DNA of 64,000 nucleotides from positions 47,492,001-47,556,000 of the forward strand of contig OZ024748.1 of NCBI GenBank assembly GCA_964016885.1, given 5' to 3'. The translations under genes were made by a program, and so were the position numbers. The DNA comes from Eledone cirrhosa (lineage: Eukaryota). Positions 1 through 12,817 of the stretch are shown here, one piece after another; position 1 is the stretch's first letter, and each line of letters begins with the position of its first letter. The notes beneath the pieces are model-generated. The model had not been told where the DNA came from. It ran no database searches and saw only the letters and a program-made list of their open reading frames with translations.

Positions 1-2781
1 GGTAATAATACTAGCGATAGACAGAACAACAACAACCACAATAATAATAATAATAGAAACGTTAACCACAGACACAGCAACAGTGACCACAGTAGTAATA
101 ACGGTAACAATACGAACAACAACAACAACAATAACCACAGTGGTAATAATGGAAATAGTACATGTAGCAACATCAACAAAAACAAGAAACATAATAATAG
201 TAACAACCACAATGGTAGAAATAGCAGTAACAACAACAATAACGGTGAAGTAAACAACAATACATCTAGCAATCATAACAATAATAATATTAATGCTAAG
301 GATAGAAACAACAACAACCACCATGATAACAATAATAGCAACACACACAACTATGACGATAGAAATAACGACAACCCCTTAGAGAAACTATTTTTCAACC
401 CAGCTGACAAAACATATAAGATGGGTAATATCTATCCTACGAGGTTACCCTTTAATAAAAGAGTTTGCATACCACAACAAATAGATGACGAGACGGAGGC
501 ACAGTTCACCATAGCTAGAAATAAGATTAGACAAGTAGTAGACAGGTACACTATGAGACAGAGCAGACCAGAGGCCCAACAACTTGGGATAAAACCTGTA
601 GAAGGCTTGGTTAGCCTCAAGCAGCGCACAAGGGATGGTGAGGTAGTGTGTCTACCCACAGATAAGTCTGGTAGGATGTCAATAGATAGCATGCCGAACT
701 ACATCGAGGCAATGCAACCCCACATCACCAACACGAGCGAAGTTGCACAACTAACACACGATGGGAGAGAAAAAATCCTCAACGCTCACATGATGATGTG
801 GACTGACATCCTAAAGCCAAGCAGACGCACTGCCAACAACTTCCAGGCGTCTAACAATGGCATACCACCCTTGTATGGGCTCCGCAAAGACCACAAGACA
901 GTCGACGACCCGACAATAGGACCACCAACAAGACCTGTATGCGGAGCTAATATAGCTAGCAACTACAGGATCTCCTACTTCCTCTCAATGGTTATACGCC
1001 CCATAATCAAGATGTCCCCAGATGTATGTGAAAGTACAGAGGACCTCCTCAGCAGAATCAGTGAGTGCAACAAAAACAGGAGCCTATCCAACTGCATAAT
1101 AGGCAGCATGGATGTGGTGTCACTGTACCCATCCATTAACATTGATTTTGCTGTGAAAAGATGTGTGGAGATGATCATTGAGAGTGAGGTGGAGTTCTGC
1201 GACGTCGACACAGACGAACTGGGCCTCCTACTTAGACTTACCTACGACACTGACTACCTAGACAGCCATGACCTTAGATGTTTCTGCCCTAGTAGACCTA
1301 TAAGAGGTAGACCCCCCACCATAACCTCAATGGCTAAAAAGACTCCCATAGGAAGGTGGATTGGGTGGACCAAAGCTATACGGACCCCCCAAAACACTGA
1401 TCAGGTAAGAAAAATGGTCGCACATGCAATAGGGGCTAGTATCAAAACTACCCTAAAGGGCCACATATTTAAGTTCAATGAGAAAATCTACACCCAAAAT
1501 GAGGGAGCAGCCATCGGCGTCAGCATAGCTGGCGATGTTGCCAACCTTTTCATGGTATGGTGGGAAAGGAGACTTAAAGATCTCCTTAATGAAAGCTCCA
1601 TAGACCTCATCATGTACTCTCGTTATGTAGACGATATCAATATAGTTATAAGAACACCCCCACTAGAGAGCACTAACAAGTTTGATTTAGAACGTAGCAC
1701 GATGGAAAGCATCCAGCAGATAGCTAATTCCATACACCAGAGTATAACTGTAACTATAGACTTCCCTTCCAAACACCCTAACAATAGACTACCTGTATTA
1801 GACACAGAACTCTGGATTAACACTATAGACGAGAGAGCCCAAATTCTCCACTCACACTATGCTAAACCCATGGCCTCCAAATACCTGATACTCAAAAACT
1901 CAGCAATGTCCAGTAGTGCTAAGTTTAATATTCTGATCGCAGATTTGGTACGAGTGATGAAGAATGTGTCCAGCATGTGCGACCCAACAGAAATGGAAGG
2001 ACACATCCAACACTTCATCAACCGCATGCAGTTCTCTGGCTACAACCAAAGAGACAGAGTCAGAGTATACGAAGGAGCCATGGAAAAGTATAAGACCCTC
2101 ATAGAACTGGACATGAAAGGAATTTGCCCACTATACAGGAGCAAATCATGGAATAGCTTAGATAGGGCTAGACATAAGATAGGGAAGGCCACATCATGGT
2201 ACGACAACCAGAGATATCAGAGTGTCATGTTTGTGGACGCCACCCCTGGAGGGAAATTAGCTAACCAGTGTAGAAAGGCCCTGAGAAAGACCCACTTAAA
2301 AATAAAGGTGGTAGAAAAGCCAGGAACCACCATAAAATCCCTGATCAGCAAAACCTACCCTTTTAAGAAAACCCACTGTACCAATAGGAAATGTATCATA
2401 TGTAAGGTGAACCCCCGGATAAACTGTAAAACTAGAAACGTAGTCTATAGCATAAGATGTACAGAGGGTACTTGCAGAAACACGACAACAACATACATAG
2501 GTGAGACAGCTCGTAGCATAGGTGAAAGGATAGACCAACACTGGGGGGAACTAAAAGGACGAAAAAACGGGTCAGTACTATACGAACATGCTAGACAACA
2601 TCATGACGGTAACATAGACAACATAGAAATTAGAATAATATCTAAACATAGGAATGACCCAGCAGATAGGCAAATCAGAGAGGCCAGTGAAATAGAAATT
2701 AGAAGACCAAAGCTAAACAGAAAGAATGAGTGGAACAACAACAACACCCAAACAAACAACACTGACCTAAGAGAAGTATAA
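1..2781 (+). CDS. Penelope-like retroelement ORF: RT plus C-terminal GIY-YIG endonuclease; 5'-partial (frame open from base 1)
   Basis: RT motifs GSMDVVSLYPSI, QNEGAAIGVSIAGDVANLFM and YSRYVDD; PLE-type TDKSGR and LYGLRKDHK...RPV motifs; Cys linker HCTNRKCIIC...C followed by NVVYSIRC...YIGETAR...EHARQHH...REASEI (GIY-YIG). I translated bases 1-420 in the same frame and found no stop; the region is Asn-rich. Confidence 0.95.
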   Translation, partial: GNNTSDRQNNNNHNNNNNRNVNHRHSNSDHSSNNGNNTNNNNNNNHSGNNGNSTCSNINKNKKHNNSNNHNGRNSSNNNNNGEVNNNTSSNHNNNNINAKDRNNNNHHDNNNSNTHNYDDRNNDNPLEKLFFNPADKTYKMGNIYPTRLPFNKRVCIPQQIDDETEAQFTIARNKIRQVVDRYTMRQSRPEAQQLGIKPVEGLVSLKQRTRDGEVVCLPTDKSGRMSIDSMPNYIEAMQPHITNTSEVAQLTHDGREKILNAHMMMWTDILKPSRRTANNFQASNNGIPPLYGLRKDHKTVDDPTIGPPTRPVCGANIASNYRISYFLSMVIRPIIKMSPDVCESTEDLLSRISECNKNRSLSNCIIGSMDVVSLYPSINIDFAVKRCVEMIIESEVEFCDVDTDELGLLLRLTYDTDYLDSHDLRCFCPSRPIRGRPPTITSMAKKTPIGRWIGWTKAIRTPQNTDQVRKMVAHAIGASIKTTLKGHIFKFNEKIYTQNEGAAIGVSIAGDVANLFMVWWERRLKDLLNESSIDLIMYSRYVDDINIVIRTPPLESTNKFDLERSTMESIQQIANSIHQSITVTIDFPSKHPNNRLPVLDTELWINTIDERAQILHSHYAKPMASKYLILKNSAMSSSAKFNILIADLVRVMKNVSSMCDPTEMEGHIQHFINRMQFSGYNQRDRVRVYEGAMEKYKTLIELDMKGICPLYRSKSWNSLDRARHKIGKATSWYDNQRYQSVMFVDATPGGKLANQCRKALRKTHLKIKVVEKPGTTIKSLISKTYPFKKTHCTNRKCIICKVNPRINCKTRNVVYSIRCTEGTCRNTTTTYIGETARSIGERIDQHWGELKGRKNGSVLYEHARQHHDGNIDNIEIRIISKHRNDPADRQIREASEIEIRRPKLNRKNEWNNNNTQTNNTDLREV

Positions 2782-3200
2782 ATAAATAAGTAAATTAAAT
2801 TAAATAAAATAAGATAAATAAATACATACACAAGCACATAAACACACACTAGTCACCCAGCAGACAACACTATACACACTAGTCACACATCACACATCAC
2901 ACATAACACTATACACACACGCAAACGCATGCGCAAAGAAGACAAAATAAAATAAGATAAACAAACAAGCAAATAAATAAATAAATATATAGACAGACTG
3001 AACAAAAAAAAAAAAAATGGCGTAGACATACAACACAACAGGAGGAACAATGAATATAACACCACTGACGATGTTGCAGATGTGCAACGAAAGATTTATG
3101 TAAACTATATATATATGTGTTTGTCTATATTGTATCTGTATTATTTTTGACCGCCGGTCAGTCAATGGCAACATTGAGGACCGAGTAAGTTAGATCGCAG
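2782..3200 (+). mobile_element. 3' UTR/pseudo-LTR of the Penelope-like element
   Basis: Directly follows the ORF stop, contains a hammerhead-like motif and ends at a (TA)n tract. Confidence 0.6.
3061..3101 (+). ncRNA. Minimal hammerhead ribozyme motif in the PLE pLTR
   Basis: CTGACGA-T-GTTGCA-gatg-TGCAAC-GAAA-GATT-TA: intact core, 6-bp stem II and a near-palindromic minimal stem III. Stem I is weak. Confidence 0.65.
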
Positions 3201-3354
3201 ATATATATATATAAAAGACAGCGAGAAGCGAAAACCAACCAAACAGTGAGTGTGTTCTGTTATTAATTCTGGCAATATTACGCAAATATGACCCTCCCCA
3301 AATATAACAATATCTGTTTCGACACACGATTTCATATAAAAAACCTCGCAAAAC

Positions 3355-4190
<836 letters not shown>

Positions 4191-4410
4191 TAAAATTATT
4201 ACAATATCAATATCTCGAGATATGAGAAATACACATATCATTATTATTATTGATATGACCATCTGTAAACGTGCCGTACATTCTACACCGTATTTTATTA
4301 ACTCCTCTCTTATTTGCTTCTGAAAATGACAGAAAGGTCACACTGCAGTTGCTTGTGAGACTACTACTACTACTATTTCCCCTTCTATTTATCTTCTCCA
4401 CCTTCTACTT

Positions 4411-4945
4411 CTTTTGTCATCTTAATCAAAATCTCATTCAAGGCTATGAACTTCAACGTAACATCCAAGGAGTTTGGTGACTTAGAGCCTTACAATTGCA
4501 CAGAAAAGATTTCCAATCCAGCAACATTTGTTTCCACTTCCCTGACGAATGTACACATACACAAAACCTGACCACTCAAAATCCCCAAAGAAACTTTTAT
4601 GTTTATATAATTTTTTCTACTTTTGGCACAAGACCAGCAATAGCCCAGTACATTACTGGTACTTTATTTTATCGACTTCTTTTGTCTTCTTAATCAAAAT
4701 CTCATTCAAGGCTATGAACTTCAACGTAACATCCAAGCAGTTTGGTGACTTAGAGCCTTACAATTGCACAGAAAAGATTTCCAATCCAGCAACATTTGTT
4801 TCCACTTCCCTGACGAATGTACACATACACAAAACCTGACCACTCAAAATCCCCAAAGAAACTTTTATGTTTATATAATTTTTTTCTACTTTTGGCACAA
4901 GACCAGCAATTGCCCAGTACATTACTGGTACTTTATTTTATCGAC
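4411..4945. repeat. Tandem duplication of a ~270-bp unit that includes a SINE 3' end
   Basis: 4411-4678 is nearly identical to 4679-4945 (cttaatcaaaatctcattcaaggctatgaacttc...ttttatcgac). Confidence 0.9.
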
Positions 4946-5061
4946 CCTGTAAGGATGAAAGGCAAAGTTAACCTCGGCGGGATTTGACCTCAGATCGTAA
5001 AGGGGCGTAACTACGCTGGAAAGCATGTGTGACCCTCTACCAATACTGCCAATTTACCACC
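4881..5061 (-). mobile_element. tRNA-derived SINE (Nin/Deu-like core; octopus-type)
   Basis: Reverse complement of the family consensus: A box TGGCAGTATCGG, B box GTTCAAATCC, core gcctttcatccttacggggtcgataaaataaagtaccag, tail gtgcctaaagtagaaacaatt. Confidence 0.9.
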
Positions 5062-5180
5062 CTCTTTTTATATTTATATAATAACATGTTACCTGGTTTT
5101 TGCATGTCTATAGAAGGTAATAGGTGCATCTACATCATAGTAGGGTTACATTACCATTTCAGTCATCATTATCATCATCT

Positions 5181-5369
5181 GATGGATTGGCAGTATCGGT
5201 AGAGGGTCAGACGCCATGCTTTGACGCATAGAGTTACGGCCTTTGCCATTTTTAGTTCAAATCCCGCCGAGGTTAACTTTGCCTTTCATCCTTACGGGGT
5301 CGATAAAATAAAGTACCAGTAATGTACTGGTTAATTGCTGGCCTTGTGCCTAAAGTAGAAACAATTATT
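5181..5369 (+). mobile_element. SINE, same family, full length
   Basis: A box, B box, core and tail all present. Confidence 0.92.
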
Positions 5370-5829
5370 TTTATTATTTATCACATTACTATACGATAAG
5401 ACACTGTATTCATCTCATATAAGGAAATATTGAACACTGCCTATCTTTGTTCCAGAATAACGAATCTATTATAATATATAGTATATACACGTACACACAC
5501 ACATATACAAATACACACACGCTCTCTCTCTCTCTCATACACACACACACTCTCTCTCTCTCTCTCTCCTCACATACACACTCACCCACCCTCTCACACA
5601 CACACACACACACACACACCCCATACATACTCTCTCTCCAACCTACACACACACCCTCACACACACCCTCCCCCAGACACACCCTCACTCACACACAACC
5701 TCACTTGTATATGTTTGTATGTGAGAGAGTGTGTGTGTGTGTGTGTATCTGCTTGTGTGTTTGTGCACGTATGTGTGCATATTTGTGCGTGTCTGGGCAT
5801 CATTTGATTCAGATAGACATTATATATAT

Positions 5830-5892
<63 letters not shown>

Positions 5893-6020
5893 TAGATAGA
5901 TATATTTATGTCTTTATTCTGTATTCATTATTTATTTATTAATAATGAATAAAAAATAAAGAAATAAAGAAAGATATATATCTATCATTCTCTCGATAGA
6001 TAGATAGATAGATAGATATA

Positions 6021-6101
6021 TTTCTTTTATTTGCCACTAGGGCATCAAAAGTGGGACAAGTACAATGGGGGGAGTTTACACAAAAAGGCGTCCTCAATAA
6101 G
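6021..6101 (-). mobile_element. 5'-truncated 3' end of a Tx1/L1-like LINE related to the 45.9-51.7 kb element, inside (GATA)n
   Basis: tttcttttatttgccactagggcatcaaaagtgggacaagtacaatggggggagtttaca aligns with tttctttatttaccataaaggcataaaaagaagggacaaatacaaagggggagtttaca at 45913. (GATA)n lies on both sides. Confidence 0.8.
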
Positions 6102-6150
<49 letters not shown>

Positions 6151-6154
6151 ATTT

Positions 6155-6232
<78 letters not shown>

Positions 6233-6666
6233 GGACAAATAAATAGATGTATATGTTTGTTTGTGTTTATAAATAAAAAATAAAGAAATATAGAAAGATA
6301 TATATCTACCATTCTCTTTCTCTCTCGTTAGATAGATAGAGAGATTGATAGATAGATAGATAGATGGACAAATAGATAGATGTATATGTTTGTTTGTGTG
6401 TATAAATATGTTTGTATTAGTATACATATGTATGTAAGTGTGTGTGACTCAGTGTGTCTATATGTATATGTGAGAGTATGGCACTAAATTGTTTTCATTT
6501 CTAAGAAGGCTTGCCAATCAAGCCTATAGCCACTAAAAAGTTAATAACATTCTAACAATAACACACTCTCTCTCTCCCTCTCTCTCCCTCTCTCTCTCTC
6601 TCTCTCTCAGTCTAATTATTTCTATCTATCCTTCAATATATGTATCTGTCTGTCTATGTCTTCCTC

Positions 6667-6700
<34 letters not shown>

Positions 6701-6868
6701 AAAGATATGTATAATAATCGAAGAAAAAACTATATCGAAAAAACTGATTGCATGTGGCTGTAAAAAAAAAAAAAATTATATATGTAAGTTATATATATAT
6801 AAAATATAAATATAATTATAAATATATGTTTATGTGTATGCATATATATATTCATAAATGTACATGTG

Positions 6869-6902
<34 letters not shown>

Positions 6903-6925
6903 TATGCATCCATGTATACCTGTAT

Positions 6926-7009
<84 letters not shown>

Positions 7010-7389
7010 GTGTGTGTATATGTATGTGTGTGTTTTATGTGTGTGCGTGTGTGCGTAATTATATTTAACACATCTGGCTGCTAAAAGAGACGACTAAGAA
7101 TTGGATGATAAAGAGACTAAGAGAGAAATAACAACAACAACAACAACAACAAAAAGACAAATAGAAAGTTAAAATGGCGGAAAAATACATATTTTGCCTG
7201 GAATCAAAGTTTATAATTAAAGAGAATATCAAAGGAAGGAAATATATATGTTCATACTTCTTATGTCTTTATTTCTTGAAGAAAATATTCCTTTCTTTCT
7301 CATTCTTATACTTTTTGTACGAAAGTTGAAAGAAAATATTTAAAAAAGACCCTTTATAGATTCATTTAAAATACATCACTATTCTTGGT

Positions 7390-7413
7390 GTTACGTATAT
7401 ATATATTATATAC

Positions 7414-7467
<54 letters not shown>

Positions 7468-7505
7468 CGTTTATATATAGATATATAGATATATATATTA
7501 TATAC

Positions 7506-7575
<70 letters not shown>

Positions 7576-7579
7576 CCTT

Positions 7580-7612
<33 letters not shown>

Positions 7613-7613
7613 C

Positions 7614-7651
<38 letters not shown>

Positions 7652-7652
7652 C

Positions 7653-7690
<38 letters not shown>

Positions 7691-7959
7691 CGTTTATAAA
7701 TATATATTATATACGTTTATATATATATATATATTATATACCTTTATATATATTATATACGTTTATATATATATATTATATACCTTTATATATATTATAT
7801 ACGTTTATATATATATTATATACGTTTATATATATATATTATATACGTTTATATATATATATATATACGTTTATATATATATATTATATACGTTAATATA
7901 TATATATTATATACGTTTATATATATATATTATATCCGTTTATATATATATATTATATA

Positions 7960-8005
<46 letters not shown>

Positions 8006-8023
8006 TATATATATATATATATA

Positions 8024-8109
<86 letters not shown>

Positions 8110-8275
8110 CATATATTATATATGTTTATATATATATATTATATACGTTTATGTATATATATTATATACATTTATATATATATATATATTATATACGTTT
8201 ATATATATATATATATTATATACGTTTATATGTATATATATTATATAGGTTTATATATATATATGTATATATATA
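7390..8275. repeat. Composite (TA)n with a recurring tattatatacgtt unit
   Basis: Direct inspection. Confidence 0.9.
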
Positions 8276-9079
8276 ATTTTACAATAACAGTAATGACAAT
8301 AGAAACAACACAAAGTAAACAACAAGAAAAAATATATATATATATATATACACACGCACACACACATGCACACAGACACATTAAACACATATATATATAT
8401 ACATATACACACATACACATATACACACACACATGTATATATTACAAACACACCGAGCATTAAAATAAATGTTTCGGTGAATCCATACATACATATATAT
8501 ATATGTGTGCATGTATGTATATATATATATACATACTAATGTACGTCTGTATACATATATGTATGTACGTATACATACTTATATTATATATACATATATA
8601 TATAGTTTTGTCTCTGTTGTCATTATAGTTGTTATAAAATTATTTTTTATTGTTATGTCCATAGTTAATTTTTTTGTTCTTATTGATATAGTAAATGTTG
8701 TTGTTGTTATTGTCGCCGTTGTTATTGTCGCTGTTGTTGTTGTTGTAATAGTGTTTTTTTTTATTGTTATGCATATACTAAATTTTGTTGCTCTTTTGTA
8801 TGAAGTTAGTGAGTTGTTGTTTTTGTAGATATTGTTGTAATGGTTATTGTTGCTTTATTGTTATATTGGTTGATGTTGTTGTTGTTATTGTTATATATAT
8901 ATATATTGGTTGAAGTCCTGTTTGTTGAAGCTGTTGTTGTTGTTGTTGTTATTGTTAATTTTGTTGTTGTACTTTTTGTTGATATAATTATTCTCTTGTT
9001 ATTGTTATAGTTAGTGGTGTTGTGTTTGCTGTTGTTGTTATAGTTATTGTTATTGTTTTTTAGTCTTAGTAATCTAGTT

Positions 9080-9111
<32 letters not shown>

Positions 9112-9199
9112 CATATGTTAAACTTTCTAGTATATATTGTTTTCTATCAATAACTAATTCTCCATTAATAGAACATCCTCCCAGGAGAGAGGGACAAGA

Positions 9200-9560
9200 G
9201 AGAGGTGGGGGGAGGGGTGAAAGCCTGAGACTGGGGTGGAGGGTGAAAGAGGGAGAGAGAGGTGGTGGGTGAAAGAGTGAAAACGTGAGAGAGGGGATGG
9301 GGGTGAAAGGGAGAGAGTGGCGGAGGGTGAAAGAGAGAGAGAGAGGTGGTGGGTGAAAGAGGGAGAGAGAGGTGGTGGGTGAAAGAGGGAGAGAGAGGTG
9401 GTGGGTGAAAGAGTGAAAACATGAGAGAGGGGTGGGGGTGAAAGAGTGAAAGTCTGAGAGAGGGGTGGAGGGTGAAAGAGTGAAAGTCTGAGAGAGAGGG
9501 GTGGCGGGTGAAAGAGTAAAAGTTTGAGAGAGAGGTGGTGTGTGAAAGAGTTAAAGAGTG
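9200..9560. repeat. Degenerate purine-rich minisatellite (gggtgaaagag...gagagaggtggt)
   Basis: Repeated gggtgaaaga anchors at roughly 25-35 bp spacing. Confidence 0.75.
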
Positions 9561-9674
9561 AGGGGGAGGGGACAGAGAGAAGCTTAGAAAAAGAGGGAAA
9601 CACAGAGAGGAGCGAAAGAAAGAAAGAGTGAGAGAGAGAGAGTAGGGGGTTGAGAAGGAAACAGAGCTATAGAG

Positions 9675-10237
9675 CAGGCATGTCAAACATACAGCCCGAG
9701 GGCAGCATGCGGCCCTTTACAAGTACAACTGCGGCCCACCAAAGGTTTTTACAGCGCGAGCATGTTTTATCTTCGTAATATAAAATATAAAAAAGGAGTT
9801 GTAATGTGCGCAGTTAGTTGTCGTCTGTGGCCCTCAGACAACACATATGTGACTCTTGTGGCCCTCAGACAACACATATGTGACCCATGTGACCCTCAGA
9901 CAACACATATGTGACCCATGTGACCCTCAGACAACACATATGTGACCCTTGTGACCCTCAGACAACACATATGTGACCCATGTGGCCCTCAGACAACACA
10001 TATGTAACCCATGTGGCCCTCAGACAAGATATATGTGACCCTTGTGGCCCTCAGACAACACATATGTGACCCATGTGACCCTCAGACAACACATATGTGA
10101 CCCTTGTGGCCCTCAGACAACGCATATGTAACCCAAGTGGCCCTCAGACAAAATATATGTGACCCTTGTGGCCCTCAGACAACACATATGTGACCCATGT
10201 GGCCGGCCCTCGGGGGACCCTCAGTTTGACATGCCTG
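9675..10237. mobile_element. hAT (Charlie-like) non-autonomous DNA transposon with an internal 30-31 bp minisatellite
   Basis: Perfect 14-bp TIR CAGGCATGTCAAAC / GTTTGACATGCCTG; subterminal GGCCC motifs; about 12 copies of gtggccctcagacaacacatatgtgacccat. The 8-bp flanks match poorly. Confidence 0.8.
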
Positions 10238-10773
10238 TCACAGACAATCAAGGTAGCTAGTCAAAGTAATCTAAGGTAATGTAGTAAACCCAGATGTTTT
10301 AATTAATTAAAATTAAACGTGTTGTAAGAGAAACATAAGCTTTATCTTAATGATTAATTCTGGCTAAAAGGTAAGAGGAGGTAACCCGAGATTCTTAAAT
10401 AACATCATCAATATAAAATATTATATAGTGACAAGGAAGAGGTGAGAAAGGTATGTAAATATGCTGATAGTAGGGTTGGTGAGTAGGTAGGTATATGTGT
10501 ATATATTATGTAGGTAGGTAGGTTGGTTGTAGGGTAGTAGGTATATGTGTATGTATGTATTATGTAAGTAAGTAGATAGGTGTGTGTGCATGTATGTATT
10601 ATGTAGGTAGGTAGATAGTTGTATGTGTATGTATGTATTATGTAGGTAAGTAGATATATTTGTTGGGTGGCTGGCTGGCTGGCTAGCTGGTTTGTAGGTA
10701 GGTATGTATGTAGATACGTAAACATGTATGTATGTATGTATCTATGTATGTATGTATGTATGTTTGTATGTAT

Positions 10774-11188
10774 GGGAGAGATGACCCCTTAGCCTTTGTC
10801 AAGGCAGAATTCTAGGAGAAGGAAAACTCTGATATAACACCTGAAACCCTGATGGTATCCAATGATGTTGACTTGTTCTTATTTTTGGTAAATATCATCG
10901 TGGTTAAGAGAGTGGGACTGGCTTTGTGCCGTGCCTTTGCTCACTATAAAAGCTTCACGGCACAGGCATTGCTTTATATCTAGAGATCGCTCTGCCCTTG
11001 TCGTCACATGGTACCATGGGCCCAGCACTATGTGTCAATAATTGTCACAAGTGTAGTGTTTGTACCAGAGTTTTCAAGTCGCTGGCTGGAGTAAAAAGTC
11101 ACACTCGTTCAGCGCACCGGTAGGGGTTCTCCTACATGGATATAAAGTAGTGGCCGTACTCGAAAACGAGTTGGCAGCCACCATGTAG
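10774..11188 (+). mobile_element. Non-autonomous bipartite RTE-LINE derivative (5'-truncated copy)
   Basis: RTE-type 5'UTR motif ctaggagaaggaaaactctga joined to a terminal C2H2-like coding remnant CSVCTRVFKSLAGVKSHTRSAHR*. Near-identical to 12918-13330. Confidence 0.7.
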
Positions 11189-11439
11189 GTAGGTATGTAG
11201 GTAGGTAGGTAGGTAGGTAGGTAGGTAGGTAGGTATGTTCTTCTGGTTATATAATTTCACAATTGTTTACCAATAGAGAGAGAGTCGGTTTCTAATATAG
11301 GCACAAGACTCTCTCATTGGAATTTACACAACATCAACTAGGTAGATATGTATGCATGCATGTGTAGATATAGATGTTATTGTATATGTGGATATGTATC
11401 TTTTGAGTTGTATGTGTGCATGTGTATATGCTTAGTGTC

Positions 11440-11808
11440 TGTACATGTGTATATGCAGTTATTAGATGCAAAATCTTTGGAATGTTTTACATATTTTTAC
11501 TGGATTTAGTGGATTGTACTTGTAGTTTCCTAACTAGTTGTGTTCTTTCTGTTCCTGTAAAGCCTAACTTCTCAAGATTTGTATTGAGGCAGTTGTTAAC
11601 ATACCCCAGTGCCCCAATAATCACAGGTATACATCTGAAGGTGTAATCAGGGTGGAGTATCTGCCGATTTCTCATCAGTTCTCCATAAATATTCTCCTTT
11701 TCACTAATCTTTGATATTATATTGGCATCTGCTGGGCAGCTAATTTCCACTACTGTGCATGCTTTCTTCTCCCTGTCCCATATCATAATATCTGGTCTGT
11801 TATGGCTA
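11440..11808 (-). mobile_element. R4/Dong-like RLE non-LTR retrotransposon 3' fragment (restriction-like endonuclease)
   Basis: HNRPDIMIWDREKKACTVVEISCP...KENIY...IPVIIGALG is the PD-(D/E)xK RLE domain typical of early-branching LINEs. Confidence 0.85.
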
Positions 11809-11814
11809 GTATCT

Positions 11815-12780
11815 CTACATGTGTATATGCAGTTATTAGATGCAAAATGTTTGGAATGTTTTACATAATTTTACTGTTCCATTAGTGGGTTGTACTTGTA
11901 ATTTCCTAACTAGTTGTGTTCTTTCTGTTCCTGTGAAGCCTAGCTTCTCAAGATTTGTATTGAGGCAGTTACTAACATATTCCAGTACCCCAATAATTGG
12001 GGTTTTTACTGGAACATTCCACCAGTACTCTTTTATATTATGTATATGTATGTCTTCCACATTGCTGTAGCTTTTAATTTGTTTATTATCGGTGCTATCT
12101 TTTCTACGGATTGCATTGTACAGTGTTTTGGCCACTGCATCATGCCTCATAGGTAGATAGTACCACGATGACATCTTTGGACAGCTGCTGATGACATGGG
12201 TGACATCTTTGATGTTAATTCTGCAGATTCTGCACTTGTTATTTCATATAGGTGTTTTACCTGCATCCGTATCTCTTTTGTGAATCGGGTATTTCGTGTT
12301 GATTTCCTGTTCTTGGATTGCAAAAGCGTATCCTTCAAAGTGGGAGCCAATATAGCGGTTGTTGGTCCAAGATAGACTACTTTCCTTATCTATATTACTC
12401 TCACTCTGGAACTTTCTGGCAACATTTCCATGCATGAATTTTTCCTGATAAGCATGCAGTTTTTCATCCATGGACTCACTGCGTTACTGCTGGGCAACTT
12501 CCCTGGGTGTGAGTTTTTGATTATCACACAGGGAATACCTCTCGAGGAGTTCCTTCCCAACTCTCATTATCTTATCTGTTTCATGCAGATAGACTTGCTC
12601 GAGAGACGGGACCTACGCTTTGAGGTTCGTAGATGTTGTCGGAGGGATAGGATGCGACATTCAAATGCTGTCTGGACTGATGTTAGGCCTCTGCCTCCCT
12701 GCTTACGTTTCAAGTGAAGGCGGTCTATGTCACTGTTGATGTGGAAGTTTCCGGTGTTGTTTAGTATTTTTCGAGTCCCA
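11815..12780 (-). pseudogene. Degenerate R4/Dong-like LINE fragment (RT C-terminus, CCHC finger, RLE with internal deletion)
   Basis: HINSDIDRLHLKRKQGGRGL (end of RT); FAIQEQEINTK; CRIC...HVISSC...RHDAVAK (CCHC); frameshifts present. Confidence 0.85.
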
Positions 12781-12817
12781 ACATATGTATGTATGCATGG
12801 ATGTATGTATATAGTTT

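Noticed and set aside
5181-5270. tRNA genes
   Set aside because: The A/B boxes belong to SINE heads. There is no complete cloverleaf, and each is fused to the same SINE body.
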